A stretch of DNA of 64,000 nucleotides from an uncultured virus (IMG/VR IMGVR_UViG_3300029998_000015) (taxonomy: Duplodnaviria; Heunggongvirae; Uroviricota; Caudoviricetes): IMG/VR virus record IMGVR_UViG_3300029998_000015; one strand, 5' to 3'. Below, piece after piece: positions 1 to 9,816 of the stretch. The notes below the pieces were generated by a model. It saw nothing but the letters and a program-made list of their open reading frames with translations. It did no database searches and was not told the DNA's origin. A program made the position numbers and the translations under genes. Numbering within the stretch: position 1 is the stretch's first letter; each line of letters starts with the position of its first letter.

Positions 1-157
1 AAATCACGTAATCTATTTTATATCTTTCTAATGATAATATATCAGAAGTTAAGTCCTCTAATTCATTTTCAATAATATCATCAGGATTATCATTATACAT
101 ATTATAATATGTATTTACTTTATTTTTATTTTCATTAAATTGTATATATGTTTTCAT
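1..157 (-). CDS. Tagged small protein, partial (starts MKTYIQFNE; runs off window start)
   Basis: ATG at 157 directly after the stop of 158..475; N-terminus close to T4 CTS MKTYQEFIAE; not in the ORF track. Confidence 0.75.
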   Translation of the reverse strand, partial: MKTYIQFNENKNKVNTYYNMYNDNPDDIIENELEDLTSDILSLERYKIDYVI

Positions 158-475
158 TTATAAGTTGAATTTTATTGCGTTTAATATAGTTTCTAAATAA
201 ATTTTATTCTCACTATAGTATAAAATTTCTTCTCTATTGATCATGAATGAATTTTTATACTTTATAAGTGTCTCATCTGTTATTTCTTTAATGTCTGGTA
301 TATTATCGTATTTTACTATGTATTCATACATCCCTCCGTTATCTATTTTTGTTAATACTCCAATATTATTTCTTGTGAATTCATTTATTTTAATATTTGA
401 ATGATATTCACATATTATATAATCACCTACTTTTATATCGTCAATTATATTTTCATATTTTTTTATATGCTTCAT
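158..475 (-). CDS. Tagged GDYV-family (SH3/KOW-like) small protein
   Basis: MKHIKKYE..VGDYIIC..IG..YDNIP..EI.YYS..KFNL. Confidence 0.85.
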   Translation of the reverse strand: MKHIKKYENIIDDIKVGDYIICEYHSNIKINEFTRNNIGVLTKIDNGGMYEYIVKYDNIPDIKEITDETLIKYKNSFMINREEILYYSENKIYLETILNAIKFNL

Positions 476-874
476 TTATAAGTTGAATTTTTTCGCTCTC
501 ATTAAAAATATTATTTCATCCTTAGTTATTTTTAACCAATCCACATTTTTACGTAATTCTATGACTTTTTCCTTTGATAAATATCCAGAAAAATATGAAT
601 TGTCTATGAATTTTGATATTCTTATTTTTTCTCTATCATCAGGAAAGAAATTAATTCTTATAAATGAACCATTTGTCATGTCTTGATAATATATTACATA
701 ATCTATATTTGAATCTTCCAGTATTTTTATTTTCTCTATGACTTTGATTAATAATTTTTCATCATCAAATATAGAATTTGATACTATCATAGTGTCAGAA
801 TGATAAGAACGTGGTTTAAATTTAGATTCATTAGATGATTCATTAAATGATAGATAAGAATTTATGTTATTCAT
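476..874 (-). CDS. Tagged small protein, 'LxxxxIxYxIYY' subfamily
   Basis: SFNES N-terminus, LEDSNIDYVIYY, KKFNL end. Confidence 0.8.
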   Translation of the reverse strand: MNNINSYLSFNESSNESKFKPRSYHSDTMIVSNSIFDDEKLLIKVIEKIKILEDSNIDYVIYYQDMTNGSFIRINFFPDDREKIRISKFIDNSYFSGYLSKEKVIELRKNVDWLKITKDEIIFLMRAKKFNL

Positions 875-904
875 ATGATCTATATATTTAATTTACAATT
901 CATA

Positions 905-942
905 AAAAAAGAACCTATGAAATTAATCATAAGTTCCTTTTA
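905..942 (-). terminator. Probable intrinsic terminator
   Basis: aagaacctatga..tcataagttcctt imperfect hairpin with A-tract, downstream of 971..1333. Confidence 0.55.
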
Positions 943-970
943 TTTAAATTATTATTATTATTAATTTATT

Positions 971-1333
971 TTATACTATTATTTTAATATTAAACTTCTC
1001 CTCATATAATTTTATTTTTTCTTTTTGATATTTAATATTCGAATTTGTTGTATAATCTAAAAGAAATTGTAAAATTTCAATGTGATCTTTAAATATTTTC
1101 TGAGATAAGAACTTTTGTATTCCAATATTTCTATCTGAGATATTTTCAATTGAATCGTAAAAATTTCTAACAATATCAAAAATTACATACAATTGTTCAC
1201 TAAAATCAAGTGATAATATTTTATCAGAAACAATAACAATATCTTTATCAATTTTTAATCCATTTAAAATTGACTTAGTTAATTCTAATATATCATCAGG
1301 ATTACCATTAAATATAAATTCTCCTTTTTTCAT
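971..1333 (-). CDS. Hypothetical protein, paralog of 1340..1711
   Basis: Shared ELTKS.LN.L..SD.ILSL.FS.QL..I.KFL.QK.FK.H. Confidence 0.8.
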   Translation of the reverse strand: MKKGEFIFNGNPDDILELTKSILNGLKIDKDIVIVSDKILSLDFSEQLYVIFDIVRNFYDSIENISDRNIGIQKFLSQKIFKDHIEILQFLLDYTTNSNIKYQKEKIKLYEEKFNIKIIV

Positions 1334-1339
1334 AAATTA

Positions 1340-1711
1340 TTATATTTTACTTAAATCAATTACTATGTTATGAGTTTTCTCGTGTAATTCAAGTAGTTGA
1401 GTTCTGCTTAATCCATCATGTCCTTCATCAAAGAAAATGTCTACTAAAATTTCTCGGTGAGGTTTAAATTCTTTCTGAATTAAAAATTTTTCAATTGTTT
1501 TTATTTCAATTTTAGATCTATCAGTTAATGAATACAAATTATTTATGATATCATTAATTACTAGTAATTGTTTACTAAATTCCAGAGATAATATGTTATC
1601 AGATATTTCCTTTGAATTTTCTTCCATGCTTAAATCATTCAAAACTGATTTTGTTAATTCAGATAATTCTTCAAATGATTCACTTGTAGCCACAAATATT
1701 CCTTTTTCCAT
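1340..1711 (-). CDS. Hypothetical protein, paralog of 971..1333
   Basis: Paralogy; TATTTTTG promoter-like box at 1735-1742 (-). Confidence 0.8.
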   Translation of the reverse strand: MEKGIFVATSESFEELSELTKSVLNDLSMEENSKEISDNILSLEFSKQLLVINDIINNLYSLTDRSKIEIKTIEKFLIQKEFKPHREILVDIFFDEGHDGLSRTQLLELHEKTHNIVIDLSKI

Positions 1712-1842
1712 AACTTTTCATTTTAAATTGAGTACAAAAATATCTATTAATTCATATAATCCCTAATATTAATGTATAATATTATAATTTATTAACCTTA
1801 ATTCATATTTATTTTTACCTTTCTTAAAATTATATATAGCAT

Positions 1843-2085
1843 ATGAAACATTTAAAACAATTTGAAAATAAAAAAGAATTTGAAGTTGGAAATTATGTTC
1901 AAATAAATTATACAATAGGTAAAATTGTTGGAAGAATAATAGAAATTGACGGTAATGATGCAATTCTTGATACAATTAATGGAATGAGAATTGTATTCTC
2001 ATTCATTAACTATTTAGAAATAGCAAATAATAAACAAATAGAAATTTTTATAATGGAGAAAAATGCAAAAAAATTTAACTTATGA
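1843..2085 (+). CDS. Tagged GDYV-family (KOW-like) protein
   Basis: MKHLKQFE..FEVGNYV..GRIIEI..KKFNL; TATATATA motif at 1831-1838. Confidence 0.85.
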   Translation: MKHLKQFENKKEFEVGNYVQINYTIGKIVGRIIEIDGNDAILDTINGMRIVFSFINYLEIANNKQIEIFIMEKNAKKFNL

Positions 2086-2414
2086 AACATTTAAAAATAT
2101 ATGAAGGTTATAATATGCCAGAAATAGGAGATTATGTCATATGTGATATAACTCCTGGACAATATGATGAATTTAGAGAACTTAAAGATTTTCTTATTGT
2201 TAATATAGGATTAATAATTTATGCTCCTAAATATTCAGATGAGTATGACTATGTTATAAGTTTTGATAATTTACCTAAAAATCTTGATTCTATGTTTGGC
2301 TCTAATACAAAAAATGGAAGAGGATTGAAATTCTCAATCGATGAGATTAAACATTTTAGTAAAGATAAGGAAAAAATGAAGATTATACTATCATCAAATA
2401 AATTTAATATTTAA
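2082..2414 (+). CDS. Tagged GDYV-family protein
   Basis: MKHLKIYE..PEIGDYVIC..KFNI. Confidence 0.85.
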   Translation: MKHLKIYEGYNMPEIGDYVICDITPGQYDEFRELKDFLIVNIGLIIYAPKYSDEYDYVISFDNLPKNLDSMFGSNTKNGRGLKFSIDEIKHFSKDKEKMKIILSSNKFNI

Positions 2415-2415
2415 T

Positions 2416-3042
2416 ATGAAATACATTAAAAAATTTGAAAGTTCAATTAAAAAAATGATTTTGATTGGCGAAAATTTGACTGAGTTGCCTGAATTACCAG
2501 ATACTCTTATGAAATTGCAATGTTCTGATAATAAATTGACATCATTATCTAATTTACCTAATACATTAAATGAAATATATTGTAACAATAATATGATAAT
2601 TGAAATTTCTAAATTACCAGAATTTTTAACTGATTTTGCTTGCTCATATAATAAATTAAAAAAATTGCCAAATTTGCCTAATACATTAAAAGAACTTTTT
2701 TGCTGTGATAATAAACTAACAGAATTACCTATTCTGCCAGATAACTTAAGAATTCTTAGCTGTGATAATAATAATTTAAATGAATTACCGATTTTACCAA
2801 AAAAATTAACATTATTATCTTGCTCTGGAAACAATTTAGAGAAATTGCCTGAATTACCAGATGGCTTATTGGATTTATATTGTTATAATAATAATTTAAA
2901 AGAATTACCTATATTACCAATTACATTGAAATCGTTGGCTTGTTCTGGTAATAATTTACCATATACTAATTTAAAAGAATATGATGAGTGGTTAGAAATA
3001 AATCATCCTGATATTTTTATGACTAGAAAATTTAACATATAA
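2416..3042 (+). CDS. Tagged leucine-rich repeat protein (20-aa LPxLP bacterial-type LRR)
   Basis: MKYIKKFES; repeats LxxLPxLPxxLxxLxCxxNx; cap NxLPYxxL.EY..W; RKFNI. Confidence 0.9.
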   Translation: MKYIKKFESSIKKMILIGENLTELPELPDTLMKLQCSDNKLTSLSNLPNTLNEIYCNNNMIIEISKLPEFLTDFACSYNKLKKLPNLPNTLKELFCCDNKLTELPILPDNLRILSCDNNNLNELPILPKKLTLLSCSGNNLEKLPELPDGLLDLYCYNNNLKELPILPITLKSLACSGNNLPYTNLKEYDEWLEINHPDIFMTRKFNI

Positions 3043-3043
3043 T

Positions 3044-3610
3044 ATGAAATACATTAAAAAATTTGAAAATTCAAATATAGAATTGAATGATAATCATAAA
3101 AATTTAACTATATTGCATAAATTACCAAGAAATTTAGTAAAATTGGAATGCTCAGATAATAAATTGATTAATTTACCTACGTTACCAAAAACATTAGAAT
3201 ATTTAGATTGTTCTGGTAATAAATTAATTAAATTGCCTGATATACCAGATTCCTGTAAAAAATTGTATTGTTATAATAATAAATTAACTAAGTTGCCTAA
3301 ATTGTCACAGAATTTAAAAATTATATCTTGCGCAGACAATAAATTAACAGAATTATCAGAGTTACCTGAATCATTAGATAAATTATATTGTGGTGAAAAT
3401 AAATTGACAACTTTACCTAATTTACCAAGCAAATTAACTGTATTGTCTTGTAGATTTAATAAATTAACTGAGTTGCCTATTTTACCAGAAACAATAACAA
3501 CATTGTATTGTGAAGGAAATGATTTAGGATATTCTGATTTGGATGGTTATTATGATTGGCTGGAAATTAATCATCCTGAAGTAGTTGATGCAAGTAAATT
3601 CAATATATAA
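3044..3610 (+). CDS. Tagged LRR protein
   Basis: Same architecture, ends SKFNI. Confidence 0.9.
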   Translation: MKYIKKFENSNIELNDNHKNLTILHKLPRNLVKLECSDNKLINLPTLPKTLEYLDCSGNKLIKLPDIPDSCKKLYCYNNKLTKLPKLSQNLKIISCADNKLTELSELPESLDKLYCGENKLTTLPNLPSKLTVLSCRFNKLTELPILPETITTLYCEGNDLGYSDLDGYYDWLEINHPEVVDASKFNI

Positions 3611-3613
3611 AAA

Positions 3614-4009
3614 TTATAAATTGAATTTGTCTGCTGTTAATATCATTTCTAATTCTTCAATTGTTTTACCAAATGCTTTTATATTTGTTTCATTTAGATG
3701 AATAACCTTATTTTTTTTAGAACCTAAATTAAAATAATCCCTAATTATATCTGGAATATTTTCATATTCAAAATAATTTGATATTTCAGGATGTTTGTTT
3801 GATATGTCATATGATACATAATATGTTCTTAAAGTCTTTCCGTTTACTACTACTTTTCCTCCATAATTTCTTATTCTACCAATATTATTAGTTAAAAAGT
3901 CATAAATATCTCCTCCTAAATTGTAATTACTATTATCATATTCAAAAATAATATAATCATTTATTTTTGGCTCATTATTTGTGTTTTCATTGAATCTTTC
4001 TATTTTCAT
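3614..4009 (-). CDS. Tagged GDYV-family protein
   Basis: Start reassigned from 4075 to 4009 (MKIERFNEN) to match the family tag; PKINDYII..KFNL. Confidence 0.8.
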   Translation of the reverse strand: MKIERFNENTNNEPKINDYIIFEYDNSNYNLGGDIYDFLTNNIGRIRNYGGKVVVNGKTLRTYYVSYDISNKHPEISNYFEYENIPDIIRDYFNLGSKKNKVIHLNETNIKAFGKTIEELEMILTADKFNL

Positions 4010-4011
4010 TA

Positions 4012-4329
4012 TTATATGTTGAATTTTCTGGATTGTAAAATAGTTTCTAAATCTTCTATGTTGTCTGACCAACATAATATTTCTTTCCTTGAAAAAGTAG
4101 TTGTACCTTTATTGAAATATTTTTCTGTATCTTCTGGTATGTTTTCATATTGAACTACAAATGGATATTTATCTCCTCTATTAAATTCTATGCAAATACC
4201 AATATGACTATTAACAAAAGTTCTAGATTTAAATGCTCCAACGTAATCATTAGATAAAATGTATTCTCCTACCATTGGAAAGTCTTTTTTATCAGACATT
4301 AATTTTTCAAACTCCTTTATATACTTCAT
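4012..4329 (-). CDS. Tagged GDYV-family protein
   Basis: MKYIKEFE..PMVGEYIL..YPFVVQYENIP..RKFNI. Confidence 0.85.
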   Translation of the reverse strand: MKYIKEFEKLMSDKKDFPMVGEYILSNDYVGAFKSRTFVNSHIGICIEFNRGDKYPFVVQYENIPEDTEKYFNKGTTTFSRKEILCWSDNIEDLETILQSRKFNI

Positions 4330-4331
4330 TG

Positions 4332-4676
4332 TTATAAGTTGAATTTATTTGTTTTTACTATATATTTTATCTTCTCCAAATCATCTCTTTTTATTTGAGT
4401 ATATCCATTATTAGGTAGATTATTTTTTATGTCTTCTATGCTTGCAAATGATGAATTATCAAAATATCCTACTAATAAATCTATTTTTGGCGTTCTTTTA
4501 AAATATATGAAAATTTCATATGTATTATCATGAGAATATATATAATGTTTTATTCTATTTTTTTCTAAATCATTTAAATCACGTATTAAAACTAACTCAT
4601 CCTCTTTGCTATCTAAATTATAATTTTGGTAGTAGATATCAAATTCCCTACCTTCATTGAATCTTTCAATTTTCAT
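4332..4676 (-). CDS. Tagged small protein, 'LxxxxIxYxIY' subfamily
   Basis: MKIERFNE..LEKNRIKHYIY..KFNL. Confidence 0.8.
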   Translation of the reverse strand: MKIERFNEGREFDIYYQNYNLDSKEDELVLIRDLNDLEKNRIKHYIYSHDNTYEIFIYFKRTPKIDLLVGYFDNSSFASIEDIKNNLPNNGYTQIKRDDLEKIKYIVKTNKFNL

Positions 4677-5032
4677 TATAATGTATTATTATTTTCACTA
4701 TTTCTTATTGATTCTAATTCATTTTTATTGTCCCCCCAATATCTAATCTCACCGTTGAATGCATAAATTTCCTTGATATCATTATCAGATTCATAGTCAC
4801 CATAAACATCATCAATATAGCTGTAATTTATAGTATAAAGAACTTCATATTTTTTAATAGAATTATTGTTACCTCTATTTATTTTTTTATTTTGGTCGTC
4901 AATATTTGTTATTAATCCAATAGAATCATTTATATTCTTTTTGTCATGACGGTTATTTACATTTAGTAATACATAATTGCCTATCTCAGGCTCTCCATTG
5001 TTCAAACTCTCATTAAATCTTTTAACTCTCAT
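4676..5032 (-). CDS. Tagged GDYV-family protein (C-tag degenerate)
   Basis: MRVKRFNES..PEIGNYVL..EIRYW..NELE. Confidence 0.8.
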   Translation of the reverse strand: MRVKRFNESLNNGEPEIGNYVLLNVNNRHDKKNINDSIGLITNIDDQNKKINRGNNNSIKKYEVLYTINYSYIDDVYGDYESDNDIKEIYAFNGEIRYWGDNKNELESIRNSENNNTL

Positions 5033-5034
5033 TA

Positions 5035-5376
5035 TTATATGTTATATTTTTTAGAAACTAAGATAATTTCCAATTTAGATTTATCCTTAGAAGAATATTT
5101 TATTTCTTCTCTTAAAAATCTGATAGCTGATTCATATTTATTGTCCAAGTAGCCAACATGTAATGATTCAGGTATGTTATCATATTGTACAACATATTTA
5201 TCATCCCTACTTTTTTCTCCATTTATGTCTATTACTTTTCCAATATTATTATTTACAAGAATATTAAAGTCATCAAATTTATAATTTTCTGGATCATATT
5301 CATTGCATATTACATAATCACCAATTTCAATTTTTTTCTTATTTATATTACTTTCATTGAATCTAATTATCTTCAT
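5035..5376 (-). CDS. Tagged GDYV-family protein
   Basis: MKIIRFNES..IGDYVIC..KKYNI. Confidence 0.85.
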   Translation of the reverse strand: MKIIRFNESNINKKKIEIGDYVICNEYDPENYKFDDFNILVNNNIGKVIDINGEKSRDDKYVVQYDNIPESLHVGYLDNKYESAIRFLREEIKYSSKDKSKLEIILVSKKYNI

Positions 5377-5378
5377 TG

Positions 5379-5711
5379 TTATATATTAAATTTATTTGAT
5401 TTTAGAATTAATTCTAATTCTTTTTTATCTTGAGTCCAATATTTTATTTCAGTGCGCTTCATTCTTACTGTATTATCACTATTGAAAAAAATATGTAAAT
5501 TATGTGGAATATCATAAAATCTAATAGCATACGGATGAGTTGGATATTTATCATAATCATTCTTTACATACATACCAATAGATGACATCATAAAATTATC
5601 AATGTCACTAAAATCATTTATAGTACTATCATGATTGTCATTGCATATTACATAATCACCAATTTCTGGGTTTCCTTCATTTAAACTCTCATTAAATCTT
5701 ATTATCTTCAT
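5379..5711 (-). CDS. Tagged GDYV-family protein
   Basis: MKIIRFNES..PEIGDYVIC..KFNI. Confidence 0.85.
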   Translation of the reverse strand: MKIIRFNESLNEGNPEIGDYVICNDNHDSTINDFSDIDNFMMSSIGMYVKNDYDKYPTHPYAIRFYDIPHNLHIFFNSDNTVRMKRTEIKYWTQDKKELELILKSNKFNI

Positions 5712-6085
5712 TATATGTTAAATTTATTTGATATTGTTGATAGATAAATTGATTCTATATCTTCTTTATTTACTTTTTCAAAATCTGTGTTATTGAACCA
5801 ATGTCTAACTTCTCCTAAATCTTTACGATCAGTCACATGTTTAAAATTGTGAGTATTGGCAAAATCATAGAATGTGTTAATTGAGTCGTTTATATATGAA
5901 TATAATATAAAATTCCAACTTGAATCTACTCCTTCTTTATAATATATATCATATAATAAAAATCCAGATTTTATTAAGTCTCTAATATCATCATTTAATA
6001 TTTCAACTCCAATGTCATCACATTTATAAGTTTTTAGATATAATTTGAAATTGTTGATGCTTTCATTAAATCTATTAATCTTCAT
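5711..6085 (-). CDS. Tagged small protein, 'YDIYY' subfamily
   Basis: MKINRFNES..KFNI. Confidence 0.8.
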   Translation of the reverse strand: MKINRFNESINNFKLYLKTYKCDDIGVEILNDDIRDLIKSGFLLYDIYYKEGVDSSWNFILYSYINDSINTFYDFANTHNFKHVTDRKDLGEVRHWFNNTDFEKVNKEDIESIYLSTISNKFNI

Positions 6086-6087
6086 AA

Positions 6088-6450
6088 TTATAAGTTAAAT
6101 TTTTTAGTTATTAAATTAAGTTCTAATTCTTCTTTGTTTTTAGAATAATCTAATATTAAACTATCTCCAAATAAACACAAATTGTTAACAATTGGTTTAA
6201 TTTCAATATCAGGATCATTATGAAATCTATTTAATATATCATCAGGTATGTTATCATATTTAACTTTAATATCATGACTATAACGATAAATATAATATAT
6301 TTGACCTACATTATTATTTATAAAATTTATAAATTTTTTATCATCATCATCAGATGATGATCTTAACATTTTATTCGCATTTATTAAAACATAATCATCT
6401 TCACTAGGTTCATCATATTGTAGGCTATCATTAAATCTATTAATCTTCAT
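6088..6450 (-). CDS. Tagged GDYV-family protein
   Basis: MKINRFND..PSEDDYVL..YDNIP..KKFNL. Confidence 0.85.
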   Translation of the reverse strand: MKINRFNDSLQYDEPSEDDYVLINANKMLRSSSDDDDKKFINFINNNVGQIYYIYRYSHDIKVKYDNIPDDILNRFHNDPDIEIKPIVNNLCLFGDSLILDYSKNKEELELNLITKKFNL

Positions 6451-6452
6451 AT

Positions 6453-6830
6453 TTACAAGTTAAATTTATTTGATCTTAAAATAATTTCAATATCTTCTCT
6501 ATTAGTATTTTTATCAAAGTCATTATTTATTAATGTTTTTCTGAATCTTTCTACTGTACTTATTAATGAATACCATGTCAAATAATGATATTCATTTATC
6601 AGTCTTTCATCTTCTACATTTTTAGGATAACAATATAAGTAATATATATTAAAATCCATATCAACCTTAATATCATATTTTATATCATTAGATTCCAAAA
6701 TATCTATTATTTTTATTATCTTATGCGATATATTGATAATATTTTTATTTTCGTATCTATATTCTGCAAAATATATATTGTGATAAGGTTTATTATTTTC
6801 TACATTATCAGTATTTTTTTTAATTATCAT
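6453..6830 (-). CDS. Tagged small protein, 'LESNDIKYDI' subfamily
   Basis: Similar to 476..874; SNKFNL end. Confidence 0.8.
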   Translation of the reverse strand: MIIKKNTDNVENNKPYHNIYFAEYRYENKNIINISHKIIKIIDILESNDIKYDIKVDMDFNIYYLYCYPKNVEDERLINEYHYLTWYSLISTVERFRKTLINNDFDKNTNREDIEIILRSNKFNL

Positions 6831-6832
6831 AA

Positions 6833-7126
6833 TTATAAATTGAATTTATTAGTATTTGATAATAAATCTTTATTCATTTTTAATTCTTCTAAATCATGAG
6901 AATGTAGCAATATTTCATCCCTACTGTACATTTGGTTGTCATTAGCATCTCCTATCTGTATTTCATATGTATAATAACCAGTTGGACCTTCTACTATATA
7001 AACTACCTCTCCTATGCAATAATCAAAGGTGTCTTTATGCCCTTTTCTCTTGCAAATTACATAATCATTCATCCAAATATCTGGATATTTAGAGTAAGTA
7101 TCTTCAAATGTTTTTATATGATTCAT
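6833..7126 (-). CDS. Tagged GDYV-family protein
   Basis: MNHIKTFE..NDYVIC..IGEV..KFNL. Confidence 0.85.
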   Translation of the reverse strand: MNHIKTFEDTYSKYPDIWMNDYVICKRKGHKDTFDYCIGEVVYIVEGPTGYYTYEIQIGDANDNQMYSRDEILLHSHDLEELKMNKDLLSNTNKFNL

Positions 7127-7461
7127 ATATTAAATTTCTTAGCATTTATCATAGTTTCTAAATCATTTATATTTTTATTCCATAATTCAATCTCCCATTT
7201 TCCAAATTGAAAATTATCAGTCTTGCCACTTTTTTTCGTGATTAAGTCATATTGCATTCTAAATTCACTGAAATTATCAGGAATATTATCATAATGAACA
7301 ATATATGGATAATTTTTATCTTCAGATATACTAACAATTTGACCTATTTTATCCTTTATAAATTTATTCCTTTTAATATTATTTGAAGATAATTTCGATA
7401 CACAATAAACATAATCACCAACTTCTGGATTATTTTCAAATGAGTTAAAATCGGTTATCAT
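7123..7461 (-). CDS. Tagged GDYV-family protein
   Basis: MITDFNSFE..PEVGDYVYC..KKFNI. Confidence 0.85.
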   Translation of the reverse strand: MITDFNSFENNPEVGDYVYCVSKLSSNNIKRNKFIKDKIGQIVSISEDKNYPYIVHYDNIPDNFSEFRMQYDLITKKSGKTDNFQFGKWEIELWNKNINDLETMINAKKFNI

Positions 7462-7790
7462 ACGTTGAATTTGTTAGTTTTTAATATTAGTTCTAATTTT
7501 TCCTTATCTTTATCCCAGTATTTTATTGCTCTTCTAGCAATCTCACATTCATAGAAGCTTTTATCATTTTTAGTCTTTCTACTGAATTCATTTTTTAATT
7601 CTCTTGGTACGTCTTCATATTGAATAACATATATTTTCTGAAGATTATTCCATAAATAAGAAAAACTCAATTTTGAAATATTATTATTTATAAAATCATA
7701 TAATTTTGTTTTTACATTTACTTCACATAAAATATAATCGCCATTCTCTGGCTCATCTTCTATGCTTTCATTAAATCTTTTTATGTTCAT
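7458..7790 (-). CDS. Tagged GDYV-family protein
   Basis: MNIKRFNES..PENGDYILC..KFNV. Confidence 0.85.
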   Translation of the reverse strand: MNIKRFNESIEDEPENGDYILCEVNVKTKLYDFINNNISKLSFSYLWNNLQKIYVIQYEDVPRELKNEFSRKTKNDKSFYECEIARRAIKYWDKDKEKLELILKTNKFNV

Positions 7791-7792
7791 TA

Positions 7793-8203
7793 TTATATGT
7801 TAAATTTTCTTGATCTTATTCTCATCTTAAATGCTTCTAAATTTTGAATATTCTTTGAAGATACATTATCAAATTTGTCATATTTATTTAATAATTCTTT
7901 TTCTATCTCATCTATCTCATCTATCTTCAATCCTAAATACATCTTATTTGTAAAATCACTATATAAATATTCCATTCCCCATAAAATATCACGTTGATTT
8001 ATGTCATATCTATTTTTGCTATTATTATAAATAAATGCATACACAATTGCAATATTTCTTAAATTGTAATAAATGTTATAATCAATATTTGAATTATCTA
8101 AATTACTCAAATCTTCTATTAATTCATCATATGATTCATATTTTTTGGAATATAAATCGCATGTCTGTTGAGATTTTTCTTCATATGTCTTTATATTTTT
8201 CAT
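7793..8203 (-). CDS. Tagged small protein, 'LDNSNIDYNIYY' subfamily
   Basis: MKNIKTYE..RKFNI. Confidence 0.8.
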   Translation of the reverse strand: MKNIKTYEEKSQQTCDLYSKKYESYDELIEDLSNLDNSNIDYNIYYNLRNIAIVYAFIYNNSKNRYDINQRDILWGMEYLYSDFTNKMYLGLKIDEIDEIEKELLNKYDKFDNVSSKNIQNLEAFKMRIRSRKFNI

Positions 8204-8212
8204 ATATTAAAC

Positions 8213-8665
8213 TTATATATTTTTTTTAGCCAGTATATACTCATTATATTTATCTGGATATAATTTCTTTAAAATACTAGCATTCTCAAAATTTAAATGA
8301 TCAAACATATACATACCTTTATGATCTCTTTCTCCCCAATATGCTCCTGCATCAGTCAGCATTTTTATTATTTCAATACAATATTCTCTATTACCTTTTG
8401 ACGCTAATATGATAGGAAACATTGGTGATTTATTTGGTAAATTAGGATCTGCTCCATTTTCAAGTAATTCCTTTATTATTATTATATTTTGATAAGAAAC
8501 TGCCATTATTAGAGGAGTGTTTCCAAACTGACTAAATATATTAACATTATCAAAAGAATCAATAACCCTTTTAATTGAATCTTTTTTATTAGAATAACTA
8601 ATAATGGACATTAATTCACCAATAGTATAATCATTAGAATTCTCAAAAGTCTTTAAATATTTCAC
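8213..8665 (-). CDS. Tagged ankyrin-repeat protein
   Basis: MKYLKTFE; GNTPLIMAV..IIKELLENGADPN, PIILAS..IIKMLTDAGA ankyrin consensus. Confidence 0.85.
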   Translation of the reverse strand: MKYLKTFENSNDYTIGELMSIISYSNKKDSIKRVIDSFDNVNIFSQFGNTPLIMAVSYQNIIIIKELLENGADPNLPNKSPMFPIILASKGNREYCIEIIKMLTDAGAYWGERDHKGMYMFDHLNFENASILKKLYPDKYNEYILAKKNI

Positions 8666-8994
8666 ATGTTAAATTTATTTGTTGAGATATTTAATTCTAA
8701 TTCTTCTAATGTAGAACCAATTTCTAAAATATCTGTAACATAAAATAATTTTGATTTTATATTTTTATCACTAATATAATTAAAGTATGCACTAATAATA
8801 TCAGGTACATTTTCATATTTTACTACAATTGTAAATACCTCACCGTTTGAAAAAGTACCTATTTTTATAATTTCTCCTGGATTATTTTTAACAAAATTTG
8901 AAATAGATTTTATTCCTACTGGTTCAATTAGTACATAATCTCCTACTTCTGGTACTTTTTTATTTATGCTCTCATTAAACTTTAATATTTTCAT
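8662..8994 (-). CDS. Tagged GDYV-family protein
   Basis: MKILKFNES..PEVGDYVL..KFNM. Confidence 0.85.
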   Translation of the reverse strand: MKILKFNESINKKVPEVGDYVLIEPVGIKSISNFVKNNPGEIIKIGTFSNGEVFTIVVKYENVPDIISAYFNYISDKNIKSKLFYVTDILEIGSTLEELELNISTNKFNM

Positions 8995-8995
8995 A

Positions 8996-9322
8996 TTATA
9001 TGTTAAATTTTTTAGTCTTTATGATAGTTTCTAATTCTTCTTTATTCTTAGAAAAATATAATATTTCTTCTTTTTTAAATGGTATCGTATTATAATCATT
9101 ATTATTTGTATAGCTACTTAACTGACTTGGTAAATCATCATATTTTATTGAATATGGATAATTTATCATATCTTTACTCGTTGTATCTATAATAATGCCA
9201 ATATTTACACTTGTAAATTCATTTAATGATTTCTCACCTGATTCATCACTATGACAAATTACATAATCTCCAATTTCTGGCTCATTTTCATTTATATTCT
9301 CATTAAATTTTCTAACTTTCAT
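8996..9322 (-). CDS. Tagged GDYV-family protein
   Basis: MKVRKFNE..PEIGDYVIC..KKFNI; TATATA motif upstream. Confidence 0.85.
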   Translation of the reverse strand: MKVRKFNENINENEPEIGDYVICHSDESGEKSLNEFTSVNIGIIIDTTSKDMINYPYSIKYDDLPSQLSSYTNNNDYNTIPFKKEEILYFSKNKEELETIIKTKKFNI

Positions 9323-9369
9323 ATTATTATATATTTATTTTAAAATACCATAATATTTAACACTATTAT

Positions 9370-9816
9370 TTATACAACTTTATAATCAAAATAATCTTTT
9401 ATATTTTTATACTTAATTTCTAATTTTTTATTAAAGGTATATTGATAACTTCTATCTGATTTGACATCATTAAAAGTTACATTATATGTCCTAAAATGTT
9501 TAATGTCATTTAATTTATCAAATATGAACATTAAAGCACTTCTTTCATCAGGTAATCCATTATTAATTAAATAATCTCTGATATTATAGTCACACATAAA
9601 AATATTTCTTAGATTATCTATCTCAAATAAACATATTCCTTTATCTACATCAGGCAATATCTTATCATCTTTATTATCTATCTGGCATAATTTATTGTGA
9701 CGTATGTATGATATGTCATAATACAATCCTATGACATCACGTGGTTGTTTAGTTCTAACTATATAGCAGGAATTAAATATACTCAAAAACCAGTTACTTA
9801 AATCTTTGTTGTCCAT
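9370..9816 (-). CDS. KEEL/SCY/RKxKL-family hypothetical protein
   Basis: DLSNWF..FNSCY..YYD.SYIRHNKLC..GICLF. Confidence 0.8.
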   Translation of the reverse strand: MDNKDLSNWFLSIFNSCYIVRTKQPRDVIGLYYDISYIRHNKLCQIDNKDDKILPDVDKGICLFEIDNLRNIFMCDYNIRDYLINNGLPDERSALMFIFDKLNDIKHFRTYNVTFNDVKSDRSYQYTFNKKLEIKYKNIKDYFDYKVV

